64,000 bases of DNA from Atractiella rhizophila (lineage: Eukaryota), in assembly GCA_021432655.1 (NCBI GenBank), contig MU271406.1:1-64000 (forward strand). The letters run 5' to 3'. Every line of letters begins with the position of its first letter. The first letter of the stretch is position 1. Positions 50,761 to 64,000 of the stretch are shown one piece after another. Made by a program: the position numbers and the translations under genes. The notes under the pieces were generated by a model. That model saw only the letters and a list, made by a program, of their open reading frames with translations. It had not been told where the DNA came from and did no database searches.

Positions 50761-52402
50761 GTCGTCAAGAGCTCTTTGCAATTGGGACGCGCTCTTAAGT
50801 GCAGGTGTGGGCACTCCGCACAACTTCCCCTCAGATGTGTTGGTGAAAACTGTGGGTCTGACAGATCGAGTGAAGGACACAACATGCCGAGGTAGGACAA
50901 TGCAGAACTAAGCAGGACTGTGCGTGAACCAGAGCGTAACTTTGGGTTTGCGGAAACTGAAACGGGCTATGGCAAAGACAATCCCATTGTAGAAAGAAAA
51001 GCAACCCTTCTTTCCTTCATTAAAAGTGCGTCTCATGTCTATAATGTGTTGGTCTCTCATGTTTGAATATTAACGCTAGTCTCCTCGTCTAGAGGGAATG
51101 GTTACATGTGTCTTCTGTCTGAACATGAACGAAACTAAGTAGAACCACCAGAGGACTGCCCTAAATCAACGCACAAACATTCCAGAGAGACCGTGTGAAC
51201 CGATGCAAGCTCATACGTACTTTTCTTTTGCCTCCTGTAAATACGAGAAATCCAATATAGAGGGGAAATCTTCAACGTCCAGCTGCAAAATCTATTTTAT
51301 AACACATGGCTTGCATCTTTACTAAGGCGGAGCAGGTAACATACCTTTCTCGTTGTACCGCTGAAACTGTACGCAAAATTACAGATGGGGACATTGAGCT
51401 CCATTGAAGAAATTGAAAGAAAATACGGACGAAGAGAATTAATAATTGCCACGCTGATTGTCATCATCAGACGGAATATCACCATAGGTACCAAGGGATT
51501 GTAAGGAAGGTTGCATAGGAGCTCCTAGCTCATTTTATCGATCCTTCAGGCCAAACAACAGTGCCTTTCTCACATCATCACGTGTTTTGAGGGAGCTGGA
51601 GAATTTGGTTGGATCTGACACTTGGTTCAAACAAGACGTGGGAAATAGGATGCCTCGGCACTGTGCACATTACCCCATCAGGTTCAAGTTGTTCCTGTTT
51701 CTGGAACAACTCAACATCCTTCTCGACACACTGGGGGATGAGTCTTGAGTTACTTCGCGGTTAAGAAGACATGGTATGCATGGACCGGAAGGACCTTCAC
51801 AAAAAACATCGAAAGCAAGTATCAGGCCTGAAAGCATAGCTACGTGCAGTGAAGAAGGATGATTGAACTTTGAATATTGTGAAGCATAAGGTAGAAAAAT
51901 GGTTGAAAGACATGTGCAGAAACCTGCATTCAAAATTGTGAAGGAGGTAAGGTCATCATTATTCAGAAGCAGAATCATGGTGCGAGTTTCCATGCTTTTT
52001 TGAAATGGCCACGCTTTGTTTCTGCACAAAAAAATCCACAGCGAGCGTGAGCCACAGTAGACTCGGAACAATATATCCTCGTCCTCGATTGTATCACAGT
52101 TTCGAGTCAGGAAGCGAAAAAATGCAAGTAGGGTTAGGGCGAAATTCGAGCTCCAAGTTCTCCTCGTTCACCACCAACTTGTTTATCAACCTCTCGTCCT
52201 TTTGCGCCTTTGGGTCCACGGGACCCAAGGCCCTTGCTCCATATAAAGGGCTAGCTCCTTGTCGAATCCCCCAGAGAAATCCACCATCTGCGCTCTCGAT
52301 TTTTCACACCAAGCGATACCGATACGAACGTACGCCCAACTTTTAAATCACCTCACACCAGGTCCAGAACTCCCTGCAAAGTCAGCAGCAAGAGATCATC
52401 GG

Positions 52403-53320
52403 ATGGATTATCCCACAGACCACTGGGAAGCGGAGGAGGGATTCGACAGACCCTTTGGATGCGATTTGGAGCCCACGTACGCAGGGGAGGGAGAGGGTCA
52501 TTTTAGGTTTGGAGGAGAAAGCGCTGCGGAGATGTGCTCCTATGGTCTGTGCATTCCAGAAGTTTTGGACTTTGCTCATGACCTGCATGCAGATGAACCT
52601 TTATACGACGAATTTTACGCAGAGTACGAGGAGGATTACAGGCAAGAATACCAACAGATGCCTTTGTTCCCAACCAAAGCCACCACCTCCTGTTCCAACA
52701 ACTTCTCGCAACAACGTCTCCCGACCTCTACCCCTCGTTATCCGATGGAAACCGGAGCTCCCTCGTCCCTCAGATACCCAACTCCTTTGGATACGGATTC
52801 ATATCTGCCAGATAATGTCTCCAGCGGCAGGAACGACACCTCATCAACTTCGACCGATCTTTACCTTAGACGCTCTATCAACTCCTCTCGTGGCTTCGGG
52901 AAGCTTCGTGCCTCGTCTTTGAACCAGCAGGCGAGGATGAACGTCCAACTCCAACAGTGGGAAGCTTCCCTGCCCGGTCATCACCGTCAACGTCAAGAAC
53001 GACTTCGTTCGGGCGGTGCGTCGAGCCCTGCTCCGCCTTCTCGAACAATGTATATTCGGGGTGCCCGGTACGCTTTTCTTTTCCTTTTCGTCGTATTTAC
53101 ACGATTCCTAATTGATTGACGACAATACAGTCCTTATCCGACCCCTCCAACTTCTCCTCTCGCTCCCTCCCAACCAATCTCCCTTCCTCCCATTTCATCT
53201 CTCTCTCTCCCTGCTCGCCGAACTTACACTCCTCAGACAATTGAGGACTTCGGAGAGATGGAAGATATTGCCGCTCGGAGGAGGAGGAGGGAGATGTCGA
53301 GCTACGATTACCCTTACTAA
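52403..53320 (+). CDS. Hypothetical protein (acidic N-terminus, Ser/Pro-rich)
   Basis: TATA at ~52241, long ORF. A GTACGC...CAG intron (~53068-53130) leads to RPYPTPPTSP...SLPPISSL...*. Confidence 0.55.
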
Positions 53321-54953
53321 ATCTCGGATCTAAATCGGGATGAAGACCGCTCGAGTCAACCAAACTTGCTCAATCTCTCGACGGTCTTCACAACTTTTCA
53401 CCATCCTCCAAATTCCCGTCCTCTAACGCAGAGGGGGAATCAAGAATCTTCACGATCCGCTCGTAGAGGATCAACGGCCAACTCGTTACTGTCAACGTCG
53501 TGACATTCTGTCAACAAATTTTCAGTCGAAAGGGAGAGTTCGGGACTGTGTCACTGCCGTGCTCTCACCATTTCTATTCTGTCCCGGTTCGGATTCTCTT
53601 GGTCGCACTCGAGACCAGGATATCTAGACGGTTCCGGCCGTGGTTTTGTAGGCTGGGAAGTCTGAGTGCTGTCGACCCTCGTGCTCAACTGTAACGTTAC
53701 TTTGTGCCAGCAAGATTTTGTGGCTCCACGTCGGGGTCACTCCACCAATGTTCTCCACTTTTCTATCTAACGTGTTGTATTTTCAATCCAAGGAACGAAG
53801 CCACCTCCTGCCCTCTCCTCCCGATCCTGGAATCGATCCCTTTCACCAGAGCTACTTTCGGCTCTCAAGTCTCCGTCGACATCCACGGTGCGTCTCCAGG
53901 ATCTCAAATAAAGTTATTTCGTTTTTCCTCCATTTGCGGGAATCGTTGTATGCGCCGTTCTTCGTTTTCTCCGATCTTGTGTTACCGACTGGCATCATCC
54001 CCCCTCCTCCACACCCTGTTAATTTCTCGCGCTTGTATCTGGGATTCGTAGCCTTCCTCCTCGTCCTTACATTGACAGATCGGAGGGTTCAATACCGTTA
54101 TTCTCAAATAAAGGAAGAAAAAAATACGAAAATGAGCAACATCGGAAGAAAAAAACTGGAAAATTGAAATCCTGTTTTGTGCTTTCTTCTGAGTGCTTGC
54201 CTTGATTATTGTGTCGGTTACTTATAGCCATTTGATACTCCCCTGATACTCTTCTTCCCGTCTTGTATTCCCCCCATCTTCAAGCGCTTTCAAGTTGGTT
54301 TTTATTTTTTTTCTCCAACGCCTGATCCCCGTCCCCCAAACCCCCTATCGCGAAGGAAGGAATTTGTTCAGTCCGACCTTCACTGTTATGGATCAACCGC
54401 CAAGTCCAGTGAAACATCGAAAATTCCAACTCCAAACCTATGCCCAAATTTTCGACTTTCTCAACACCTATGCCAGATCTCCCGAAAACGAAGAAATGAC
54501 AGACTTCCTCCAACCACACTTATCTTGTTCTCTTAGAGTTAGAGGAAGGGATTCGTTGTTTACCTTGCAATGTATTCCTGTCGCACCCCACATACTTATT
54601 GCAACTGCAGCCACTCAGCCCTGTTCTCCTCCAGCTCAATCATCACGAACGTAGCCTCAAAAGTTCAAGTTCTGAGAGCTGGAGCGACTCGGAAGGCCCA
54701 TAAGTAACATCGCATCCAGTATAAACAACGAGATTGTAAATTCAACATCTTTTTGATTTTCCAAATAGTCTACAGACACGAAACGCAACAGACCTTTCAA
54801 CAGTCTCTGAGCCTAAACCGAGAGAAAAGGGGTTTCAGTCCAAATCAAGAGACATGCGATTCTTCCTTGTTAGCACAAACACATTGAATAGGACCATACG
54901 ACAAGACTAGCACACAAGCAGCAGAACTAACCACTTATCATGAGTCAAGGAAT

Positions 54954-56836
54954 TCAATGTAGATCGCCCTTTAAATTACTGAATTTCTCCAACGGCTGAC
55001 GATAGAAGTGAGATATGATCCTTTGCGCGCTTTCGATAGTGACGTTATAGATTGGATGGGCCAAAACCTGCATAGGTAGCTTGGCTATCTAATTTCTCTG
55101 TTTAAGCAGCAATGGGACACACCAATTCGTTCTCAGGATGACCAACAATGATCTTTCCCCTCTCATCCTCCGTCCAGCTCAAAGCCCGGATAAAATTCTC
55201 CTTCATTCGGTTTGCTGCTGCTTCTTCCGTCTCCTTCTCGTCTTTAATCAAGTGCATCGTGCCTTGGGGTAGACCATTGACAAGCGGGAAGGTTCCTTCA
55301 GTGTCTTGCGAATACGGATCTTGAAATATTGTGGAAAGTTGCTCAGCGAGCGAAGTGGACCACACCATTTTATGCTGGCTCGAGCACAGGCCTGAGAGAT
55401 TAGACGACGTGTGATAGGCATCGACAGCTCTGGCAAATAGTAAGCCACCCAAGCAGTTAGTCGGAATATCGACGCACTTTCCAGGCTTGTCACGGAATCC
55501 TCCTGTTTTGAGTTGGGCAATGAGCAAGACGTACTCCTGAGCAGCCACACGGTCGTAACCAAGATTCGCAATGTCTATTGTTTGGCATTAAAATCGACCA
55601 AAAATGATATGGAAACTGCGAACCTTGTTCATCCTCATCTTCCCAGTCGTCATCAACACTAATCCCACCCCCATTCGCGTTAGCGCCAGCATCCCCATTC
55701 TGAACCACTTTGTTTGCCCTCTTCTCCTTCTCCATTTCTGCCATCAGAATGGGAAATAAGCCACCGCACCACCAATTGTAACATCCATCCACAAGCTTGT
55801 TCGTCCGCCCTCGGAAACCACCGCCTTCGATGGGGAGACCCTGCAGTCCAGCAGCCCAACGATATAAGTTTCCGAGGTCAAGCGACCGTTTCATAGACAA
55901 GGTCGACGTGGAGGGAGCGTATGGAAGAGCGTGTAACATGTGATAAGAGGCAAGAGCGCAGAATGCATATCCTCCGTGCGCTTCCCCTGTTGGGGTCGAA
56001 AGATTGTCAGAATAAGGGAGAGAAGCAGCCGCAAGTCCGCCTTCATATGTTTGACAGCTGAGGAGCATTTAGAGATGTATCTACAGAAGATTCAGACTAA
56101 CCTGATCACAAAGTGCTCTGTACCAGATGCTAACGACGGTGTGAGGATATTCAGAAGAACGGCAACGCAAAGAGCGCAATAGACCCCACTGTACGACATT
56201 GAGTTTCAACCTGATCTGGCTAGGAGAAAAACAAACCGCACGTCCACCTCTCCTCCATGATGCATGATAAAGCTTCCATCCTTCTGCTTCAAACTTAACA
56301 GCCATTTCAACATTTTTCTCCTATCAATTTTCTCCCAGCTCTGTTCGTCCCCCGTGATCGCAAGTGCCATGATACTTGCATAAGTAGGCGCCAGATGAGG
56401 CATCTGCCCAATGCCTCCTCCAAAGCCGCCATCGGGGTTTTGGAACGAAAGGATAGTCTTTGCTGCGCTATATTCGTACTTTAACATGATGGACGGACAA
56501 CAGAGGAAAATGCGAACCGTTGACGACTTGCTGGATCGAGAGTTACGTTCATAAGTGCTAATGAGTGGATGCACCAATAAATAATCCATGGACGTGAGGC
56601 ATCAAGACCAGTAAAACGATTTGGAAGAGTCTCGAGTAGTTTCGTTAGGAACTTTAGGTGAGGATGAGGGTCGATTTGGAGTCTATCACCATGATGAAAT
56701 CAGACACACTAGAGAATGACAGGGGATTGCACTTTGAGATATCCTTGGCGGGCGGTAGCAGTACTTCGCTATCGTCGTCTGAGAGGATAGATCGAAACGG
56801 AATAAGCAGTTGGGAGATGAGGGATTCAGTATCTTC
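54954..56836 (-). CDS. RAM1: Protein farnesyltransferase beta subunit (5'-most exon unresolved)
   Basis: EDTESLISQLL, LDASRPWIIYW, GGFGGGIGQMPHLAPTYAS, GGEVDVRGVYC, CQTYEGG, GEAHGGYAFC, GGFRGRTNKLVDGCYNWW, GGFRDKPGK, DAYHT, AHPIYNV. Confidence 0.93.
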
Positions 56837-57989
56837 CTGTCCTCAGAACATTGTCAGTGGGTCTTTGACAGTTGTGAAGTTGCAACACGAGAAACACCGA
56901 ACGACTTGAAGGTCCGCATCATTTTGTTATCGCAGCCATCGAGACTGAGTGCCCTCATTACATAGTATCAGGCATCGAACAATCGTTCTCAACAATGATA
57001 TTTTCGAGTTCGTGAAAGACAATAATTGAATACGGGTGACACAGATCATGCCGTGGACATAGCCTTGTGTCATGGTAGTGGCGCGCCAATTGACACGCAC
57101 AATGAAGTTGAATCCAATACTAGATGAGGGACATTGTGCTGACTGAACAATCCTCTCATTGTTGTGAACCATGGAACCGAACAGTCCCAGGACAGCAATC
57201 AGTGGTGTTAAGTTCTGCTTAAATGAAGCAAGTACGGCAGATCAAAACAGCCTTTCCATTGCGATTGAGCTAACAAGAACTAGCGTTTTGAGCGGTGCAG
57301 ATTTCAGCAGGCAGGAGAAGATGCCAACAAGCATGATGTGAGCTTACAACAATGCTTCACAGCGCATTTAGCATCGCCATGCACGCTTTGCAAGATACTG
57401 CGAGTCTCTCAAACTTCCTTCCTCCAGCAGAGCAGCAGGAAAGAACACCCACCTGTTCCTCTCTCGTTTTTGACTGGAGGCCATCAAACTCCATCGCTTT
57501 CAGCGGCAAAGTCAGCGTGCCACCAAACTTAGCCCATTCTGGGCTGCTGGAGTCATCCATTCCTGCTCTCGGACTGATTGATTCGAGTGTAGGTTGCGCG
57601 GCTGGACTTTGGTTGTGGAAAGTGGAAAGCTGATCGCGTCTGGAAGTGATTGCCAGTGGTTGTCCATTGTCAACAAAGAAGCCTTGTTTCGATCCGATCT
57701 AACCCTAAAGAACATTGAAGGGTCCAAAAGTCAAAAGGCCAACAAAGCTGAATGTCGATCATTAGTTCTGGGAATCTGAGTTTGAAAGATTTCAAGTTAT
57801 TGTACTCATTTGTGAGAACGAGCAAGTTACTGAGGAGATGCTCCCAACGGATGCCATGCATAGCACATGCCAGTCAACTAAACTACTGTTGCAGTGGATG
57901 CAGAAGATCTCCCAATTGTATGTCACGTTGTCTGTGAAGTTTACTAATACAGTTACTCTGAGAGATAACCCTCTATTCATCCTACCAGA

Positions 57990-58978
57990 TCACTTTGACT
58001 TTCCAGCAACAAATGTATTGACCTGAGCGGGATCAGTGGCTCGATTTCGTATCAAAAGAAGACTAGGTCGACTTACAGTGTTCCCAAAATGGGAGCCTTG
58101 ATACTCAGCGATCCTCAACTCCAAGTCGCTAGGTTGCCGACTCCCATCACCAGCAGCAACTGTCCTACTCGCCTATCGCATTAGCTGTGTACCGGACAGA
58201 AAGAAGAAAACAGACGCAGCACCGTAATAAGAGCCTCCAGCCACCTCGTTCATCTCTGCCAAACCGGGATGAGGGCCAATTGGAACATAAATAATACCAT
58301 GGTGAGCTAGAAACGGTATTGTGCTTTAGATGTATCGTAAGAGGTCGGCTAGTGGTACGAGGAATGAGAGAACACACCTCAAAGCGGTCGTCTCCTGTCC
58401 CCCATGCTGGGATCCAGTCGAGCTGAAGATGGTTGCGAATTTGCCGACGAGCGCACCAGAAGCCCATAGGCCGCCAGTGCGATCGAAGAAGGCGGAAACT
58501 TGAGCAGGTGCTCGTCCATACCTGCATACGACAATATAAGATTAAATGACAGGCAGAAAAAGGTTGCACTTACCTAGTGGGAATACCAAAAGCGTATCCG
58601 TCATAGCCTTTAAGCAGGCTGACATCTTCGAAGGGGGGATATTGTGCTTTTGGGGGAGCGTGCATCTTCGTGAGCACTTCGGCAGGCAGGGTCTCAGGAA
58701 TCTATGTCCACATCTGAATAAAAAGACGAGGTCATCCAGAAAAAGTTTCACTCGCCTGATATATGTCTACGGTAGCGCCGGATGCTTTTAATCCTTTCGC
58801 AACAGATTCTGTGATATCCAAGATTTCAGCATTCCCTTTTGCAAATAGCAGGAGATCTACCTGCCAGCTGTGGCAGAAGTCAGCAATGTGATTCTGGCTA
58901 TACTTGAAAAGAGTAAGGACAGACCTTCCAAATGTGGCCATATGTGGAATAGTACAGCAAAAGTATCTTCGCGGGCAT
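57990..58978 (-). CDS. Flavodoxin-like NAD(P)H:quinone oxidoreductase (WrbA/Pst2/Ycp4 family), copy 1
   Basis: [89 protein letters not shown]. Needs a 7-nt microexon and a GC-AG intron. Confidence 0.93.
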
Positions 58979-59893
58979 GGCGTCTACTCCGTCTTTCGTT
59001 GAAACTTCAGATATTGCAAAAAGGTCTGATATGATCAGCACTTTTATAGTCGCAACGCCGTGACAATCTTCAACCGACCTCCGAACACACAGACGCACAA
59101 AACTTCAAAGCTTGCAAGACTGGGGAGTTCTCGAGCCGGCAGCCTGTCTTTCGCCCGAGCGATGGACATTCCGAATTTTGGTGGTGGTGGTGCTGACCAA
59201 TACTGAAAAAAAAAAAAAAAAGCAGGCAGGAGAAGATGCCAACAAGCATGATGTGAGCTTACAACAATGCTTCACAGCGCATTTAGCATCGCCATGCACG
59301 CTTTGCAAGATACTAGAGTCTCTCAAACTTCCTTCCTACCGCAGAGAAGCAGCAAAGAACACCCACCTGTTCCTCTCTCGTTTTTGACTGGAGGCCATCA
59401 AACTCCATCGCTTTCAGCGGCAAAGTCAGTGTGCCACCAAACTTAGCCCATTCTGGGCTGCTGGCGTCGTCCATTCCTGCTCTCGGACTGATTGATTCGA
59501 GTGTGGGTTGCGCGGCTGGACTTTGGTTGTGGAAAGTGGAAAGCTGATCGCGTCCGGAAGTGATTGCCAGTGGTTGTCCGTTGTCAACAAAGAAGCCTTG
59601 TTTCGATCCGATCGAACCCTAAAGAACATTGAAGGCAAAAGGCCAACAAAGCTGAATGTCGATCATTAGTTCTGGGAATCTGAGTTTGAAAGATTTCAAG
59701 TTATTGTACTCATTAGTGAGAACAAGCAAGTTACTGAGGAGATGCTCCCAACGGATGCGATGCATAGCACATGCCAGTCAACTAAACTATTGTTGCAGTG
59801 GATGCAGAAGATCTCCCAATTGTATGTCACGTTGTCTGTGAAGTTTACTAATACAGTTACTCTGAGAGATGACCCTCTATTCATCCTACCAGA

Positions 59894-60882
59894 TCATTTT
59901 GACTTTCCAGCAACAAATGTATTGACCTGAGCGGGATCAGTGGCTCGATTTCGTATCAAAAGAAGACTAGGTTGACTTACAGTGTTCCCAAAATGGGAGC
60001 CTTGATACTCAGCGATCCTCAACTCCAAGTCGCTAGGTTGCCGACTCCCATCACCAGCAGCAACTGTCCTACTCGCCTATCGCATTAGCTGTGTACCGGA
60101 CAGAAAGAAGAAAACAGACGCAGCACCGTAATAAGAGCCTCCAGCCACCTCGTTCATCTCTGCCAAACCGGGATGAGGGCCAATTGGAACATAAATAATA
60201 CCATGGTGAGCTAGAAACGGTATTGTGCTTTAGATGTATCGTAAGAGGTCGGCTAGTGGTACGAGGAATGAGAGAACACACCTCAAAGCGGTCGTCTCCT
60301 GTCCCCCATGCTGGGATCCAGTCGAGCTGAAGATGGTTGCGAATTTGCCGACGAGCGCACCAGAAGCCCATAGGCCGCCAGTGCGATCGAAGAAGGCGGA
60401 AACTTGAGCAGGTGCTCGTCCATACCTGCATACGACAATATAAGATTAAATGACAGGCAGAAAAAGGTTGCACTTACCTAGTGGGAATACCAAAAGCGTA
60501 TCCGTCATAGCCTTTAAGCAGGCTGACATCTTCGAAGGGGGGATATTGTGCTTTTGGGGGAGCGTGCATCTTCGTGAGCACTTCGGCAGGCAGGGTCTCA
60601 GGAATCTATGTCCACATCTGAATAAAAAGACGAGGTCATCCAGAAAAAGTTTCACTCGCCTGATATATGTCTACGGTAGCGCCGGATGCTTTTAATCCTT
60701 TCGCAACAGATTCTGTGATATCCAAGATTTCAGCATTCCCTTTTGCAAATAGCAGGAGATCTACCTGCCAGCTGTGGCAGAAGTCAGCAATGTGATTCTG
60801 ACTATACTTGAAAAGAGTAAGGACAGACCTTCCAAATGTGGCCATATGTGGAATAGTACAGCAAAAGTATCTTCGCGGGCAT
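59894..60882 (-). CDS. WrbA-family quinone oxidoreductase, copy 2 (possibly an allelic assembly duplicate)
   Basis: Same predicted protein as copy 1. The only coding difference I saw is synonymous (last Lys codon). Confidence 0.8.
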
Positions 60883-61770
60883 GGCGTCTACTCCGTCTTT
60901 CGTTGAAACTTCAGATATTGCAAAAAGGTCTGATATGATCAGCACTTTTATAGTCGCAACGCCGTGACAATCTTCAACCGACCTCCGAACACACAGACGC
61001 ACAAAACTTCAAAGCTTGCAAGAATGGGGAGTTCTCGAGCCGGCAGCCTGTCTTTCGCCCGAGCGATGGACATTCCGAATTTTGGTGGTGGTGGTGCTGA
61101 CCAATACTGACGAGCCAGGCAGTTGACTATGCTTGTGCTTGTGCCCCACAAAGCTGGCTACTAAACACTTCGCAGTGTTAACGCTAGGCGCCAACAGCTC
61201 TAACATCTCAGCTCGTCAAATAACGTCTGGCCGATTAGAACGGGATGTGTCACCTCAATCGTGGTTCCTCTATCTCGAGTTCATTTTTCAGCATCACCCC
61301 GCTTCAACCTGCCAACCTAGTCGAAATCGTCATTGCAGCGAACTAGATGTCCATATAGACAACAATGAAGACGTGACAAAGTGCTTATTCAAAATTTTGC
61401 TTTGCGCTTGTGGATGTCCTCTGACATAATTGATGTTCGTCATGAAAACCAATACGGGGATGCAACGCTATTGAGATTCAATTATAAAACCTGCCCAAAA
61501 AGTTGAATTAAATCCAGGAGAGCAACTGTAGCACGCGTCAAACGGCGCTCACATCCATCCATTGGGCTCATATACCATAAGGGTGTGGTGGAAAGCCAGG
61601 TATGCCTACGAGCTGGAACTGAGCTCTCAGGGAGCAAATAAGCCTAGTACAACTGGTGACGATAGGATGTTAAATGCAAGCTCATTCGAGTGCTATCGAC
61701 TTGAATTTACGGAACCTAAACATATTCAAATTATCAAATACCTTAGTTTCTGACTGAAGTATTGAAGAAT

Positions 61771-63595
61771 ATGAGGAAGCTCCCTCTGTACGATGATGCT
61801 CAGTTGAGTATGCAAGAGTCTGGTGAAAAATTGCGAGTCCAGGATCCCAAGACTTCGTCAAAGCGAGGACGGCTGTTACTTACAGTCATCCTGGGGCTTT
61901 GCGTGCTTTACACTTGTATAGTTCCCTTTTCAGTATCCTGAAGGCGATGTAGTAACACTTTACAGATGCTGCCCAGATTTTCCCTTTGCGAGCATCTGGC
62001 AATGTAGCATCTCCCGATTTCTCCCATCTCGCGAGTATCTGCAGTTCTCTCCAACCCGTTTCGCTCTCAGAGTTCACTTCTCGCCGAGACGATCTTGTAT
62101 CCATCCTTCAGAAGACTTCTTCAACCTCCGCTACGTCCTATAAATTGCCTTTATACCTCGCGGAACCTTCGCCCAACACGCTTTATTACTTCAACATCAC
62201 CCCTTCTTCTTGGGGTCTTAGTGAGCGACCCTTCATATCTATTGTCCTTCCTTCTTTTTCGGTGGAAGAAGGAGATAAGAGTCAACTCGCCGTCCTCTCA
62301 CCTGCTTTCGAGGTGTCTCGCGCTCAAAGACTTCCCTGGGCGAGGGCGGATTCTGAGACGGTGACCTTTGTGCCTTGGAAAGATGATGAGGTGTCGTACG
62401 ACGTGTTAATGGACTGGCTTGTCACATCAGCTCAGAAACATTCTGGAGGCAACGTTACTATTTCTACCTCAATCCATCATTCCTGAATAGAGCTGAGCAG
62501 ATATTATTATAGGATATCGAAATTGTGCTGCAGCCTGATGAAAACGTCAGAAATTTTGTCCTCCATGGCTTGGAGGCAGCGGCATCAAAGTACTCGAAGA
62601 AGAACTTATCGATCTCCATCCAATTCGTGGCGCAAGAAGTTCGCGAACAACGGATGCGCAAGAGCCCTGCAGAACTCGAACTGCTGCGTTGCGCCGAAAA
62701 GGTTGGTCGATAGCATTTCCTCCCCCGCGAACTTTTAAGTCGATGGTTGTGGGTAGGCGACACTCGCGTCCATACGAGAAGTCCGAAAACTTCTGAAGGT
62801 CGGAATGACTGAACTAGAAGCTGAAGCACTCATCCTTTCCGCTCTCCGCGCTGCTGGATTGACAAATCCAGCTGCGATCGTGCTATTCGGAGGTGCGCTT
62901 TTCTTCCTCGCCCTCCAGGCACCATCCCACGTCTCGACTTCATTTGTTGATACGGCTGATGCAGAGAATGCCGCGCTCCCTCACGCATCAGCGGGAACGA
63001 AAAAGCTGGAAGAAGGCGAATTCGCGCTGTTCGACCTCTGGGGACCTTTACATGGATACTACTCCGACCTTACCCGCACCGTGCTTCCTCCCTCCGTGCC
63101 AGTGGGCAAGCGGCCATCGAAAGAGCAGGAGACCGTGTGGAAGCTTGTGCAGAGAGCGCAGCAGAAAGCCGTCGAAATATTAGAGCAGGAGGGCGTGACT
63201 GCTGCTCAGGTCGATCGAGCTGCCAGGGGCGTGATTGAGGAACAAGGGCTGGGGGAATATTTCACGCATCGTGTGGGACATGGTCGGTTCCCTTTTCAGT
63301 GTTCTGGAATGTTTGGCTGAAGAGATGACTCTTCGTTAGGCATCGGTTTGGAGGTGCATGAAGCACCTTTTTTGACTTCAGCCAACAAAGATGTATCCCT
63401 CCTCGCTGGGGAGACGTTCAGCGATGAACCTGGCGTTTACATTGAGGTTTATTTCTCTCTTCGCTCGGATGATTGACCCTAACTTTGAAATGAAAGGGTT
63501 ATCTTGGAGTAAGGTTGGAGGATACGATTCTCAAGACCGACAATGGTTACGAGATTTTGTCCGGAGGATTCGCTGTGAGCCCATGGGAGCCGTAG
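61771..63595 (+). CDS. M24B metallopeptidase (Xaa-Pro peptidase-like) with N-terminal membrane anchor
   Basis: RMRKSPAELELLRCA, NAALPH, DLWGPLHGYYSDLTRT, FTHRVGHGIGLEVHE, FSDEPGVY, GVRLEDT. N-terminal KRGRLLLTVILGLCVLYT. Confidence 0.9.
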
Positions 63596-63711
63596 TATGA
63601 AGGAAAACGCAATGTATTGCTGAAAGCTCTTTGCATGAGCACAATGAAGATACAGAGTTTTCAAATATCTTCATTCATCCTTGATTGTATTGCAATCTTA
63701 CATTGAAGGTT

Positions 63712-64000
63712 TCACTCGTCGAAAGGACGAACAACAAGCTTCATCCCGCTGACCTGCTGTTTTCGCAGTCGGTCCACTCCATCCGCGATACCACCGATAC
63801 CTCCCGGAATGATTTCGTAGCGATTGCCCTGTGACTTCGATCAGCATCTTTCTGTAAACTGAAGGAAGGACCAACCACGAGGATTTTCTTCTTCAACAAT
63901 TCAGGGACGGCCGTCAGAGCATATTTGGTGATCTTCGCCCTTTGATAAGCGCCGAAGACGTTGCATACATTCTTCTTTTCCTTCTTAAGCCTATCCTCGA
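63712..64000 (-). CDS. 3' end of an MDR-superfamily / trans-enoyl reductase-like oxidoreductase
   Basis: Spliced C-terminus ELLKKKILVGNRYEIIPGGIGGIADGVDRLRKQQVSGMKLVVRPFDE*, matching the GroES-like reductase terminal pattern. Partial. Confidence 0.75.

Larger units (their letters stand above)
57306..61110. repeat. ~1.9-kb tandem duplication with an A-run at the junction
   Basis: 57306-59206 is nearly the same as 59221-61110. A16 at 59206-59221. Differences are mainly in the non-coding part. Confidence 0.97.

Noticed and set aside
51000..52200. AT-richer gap with a 133-aa minus-strand ORF (likewise ORFs at 53.5-54.7 kb)
   Set aside because: No recognisable domain, transposon termini or consistent splice model.
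56837..57075. Apparent in-frame stops at the RAM1 5' end, suggesting recoding or a pseudogene
   Set aside because: The rest of this conserved gene is intact, and an unresolved short or micro exon is the simpler explanation. Needs cDNA.
57699..57708. CTAACCCTAA, a telomerase-template-like 10-mer
   Set aside because: The duplicate copy reads CGAACCCTAA (~59613), and no adjacent pseudoknot or CR4/5 was recognised.

Overview
This is intron-rich eukaryotic DNA from a fungus. Short ~50-60 nt introns, CTRAC branch points, a FunK1 kinase and a basidiomycete-type secreted protein point to a basidiomycete; the class is not determinable here. I rebuilt about 27 spliced gene models by hand: Vps10 (3' part), CapZ-beta, a DUF3533/SNG1-like protein, cyclophilin PPIL3/Cyp10, FunK1 kinase, PCNA, a GST-like protein, a vezatin-like protein, cytochrome c, three F-box-like genes, PrpD, a Zn2Cys6 TF, a DHA1 MFS transporter, DJ-1/Hsp31, CRIPT, a secreted protein, an HSF-domain TF, farnesyltransferase beta, two WrbA copies, an M24 peptidase, the 3' end of an MDR/enoyl-reductase and three hypothetical genes. 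There is also a decayed kinase. The most interesting observations are: (1) the PCNA locus, with a ~140-aa charged insertion, MCB boxes inside its introns, a strongly folded 291-nt intron and a head-to-head FunK1 kinase; (2) an unassigned structured intergenic element at ~18.2-18.76 kb; (3) a TF/MFS/DJ-1 detoxification module; (4) three tandem duplications whose junctions look like filled assembly gaps. Exon boundaries were read by eye and no database searches were run.
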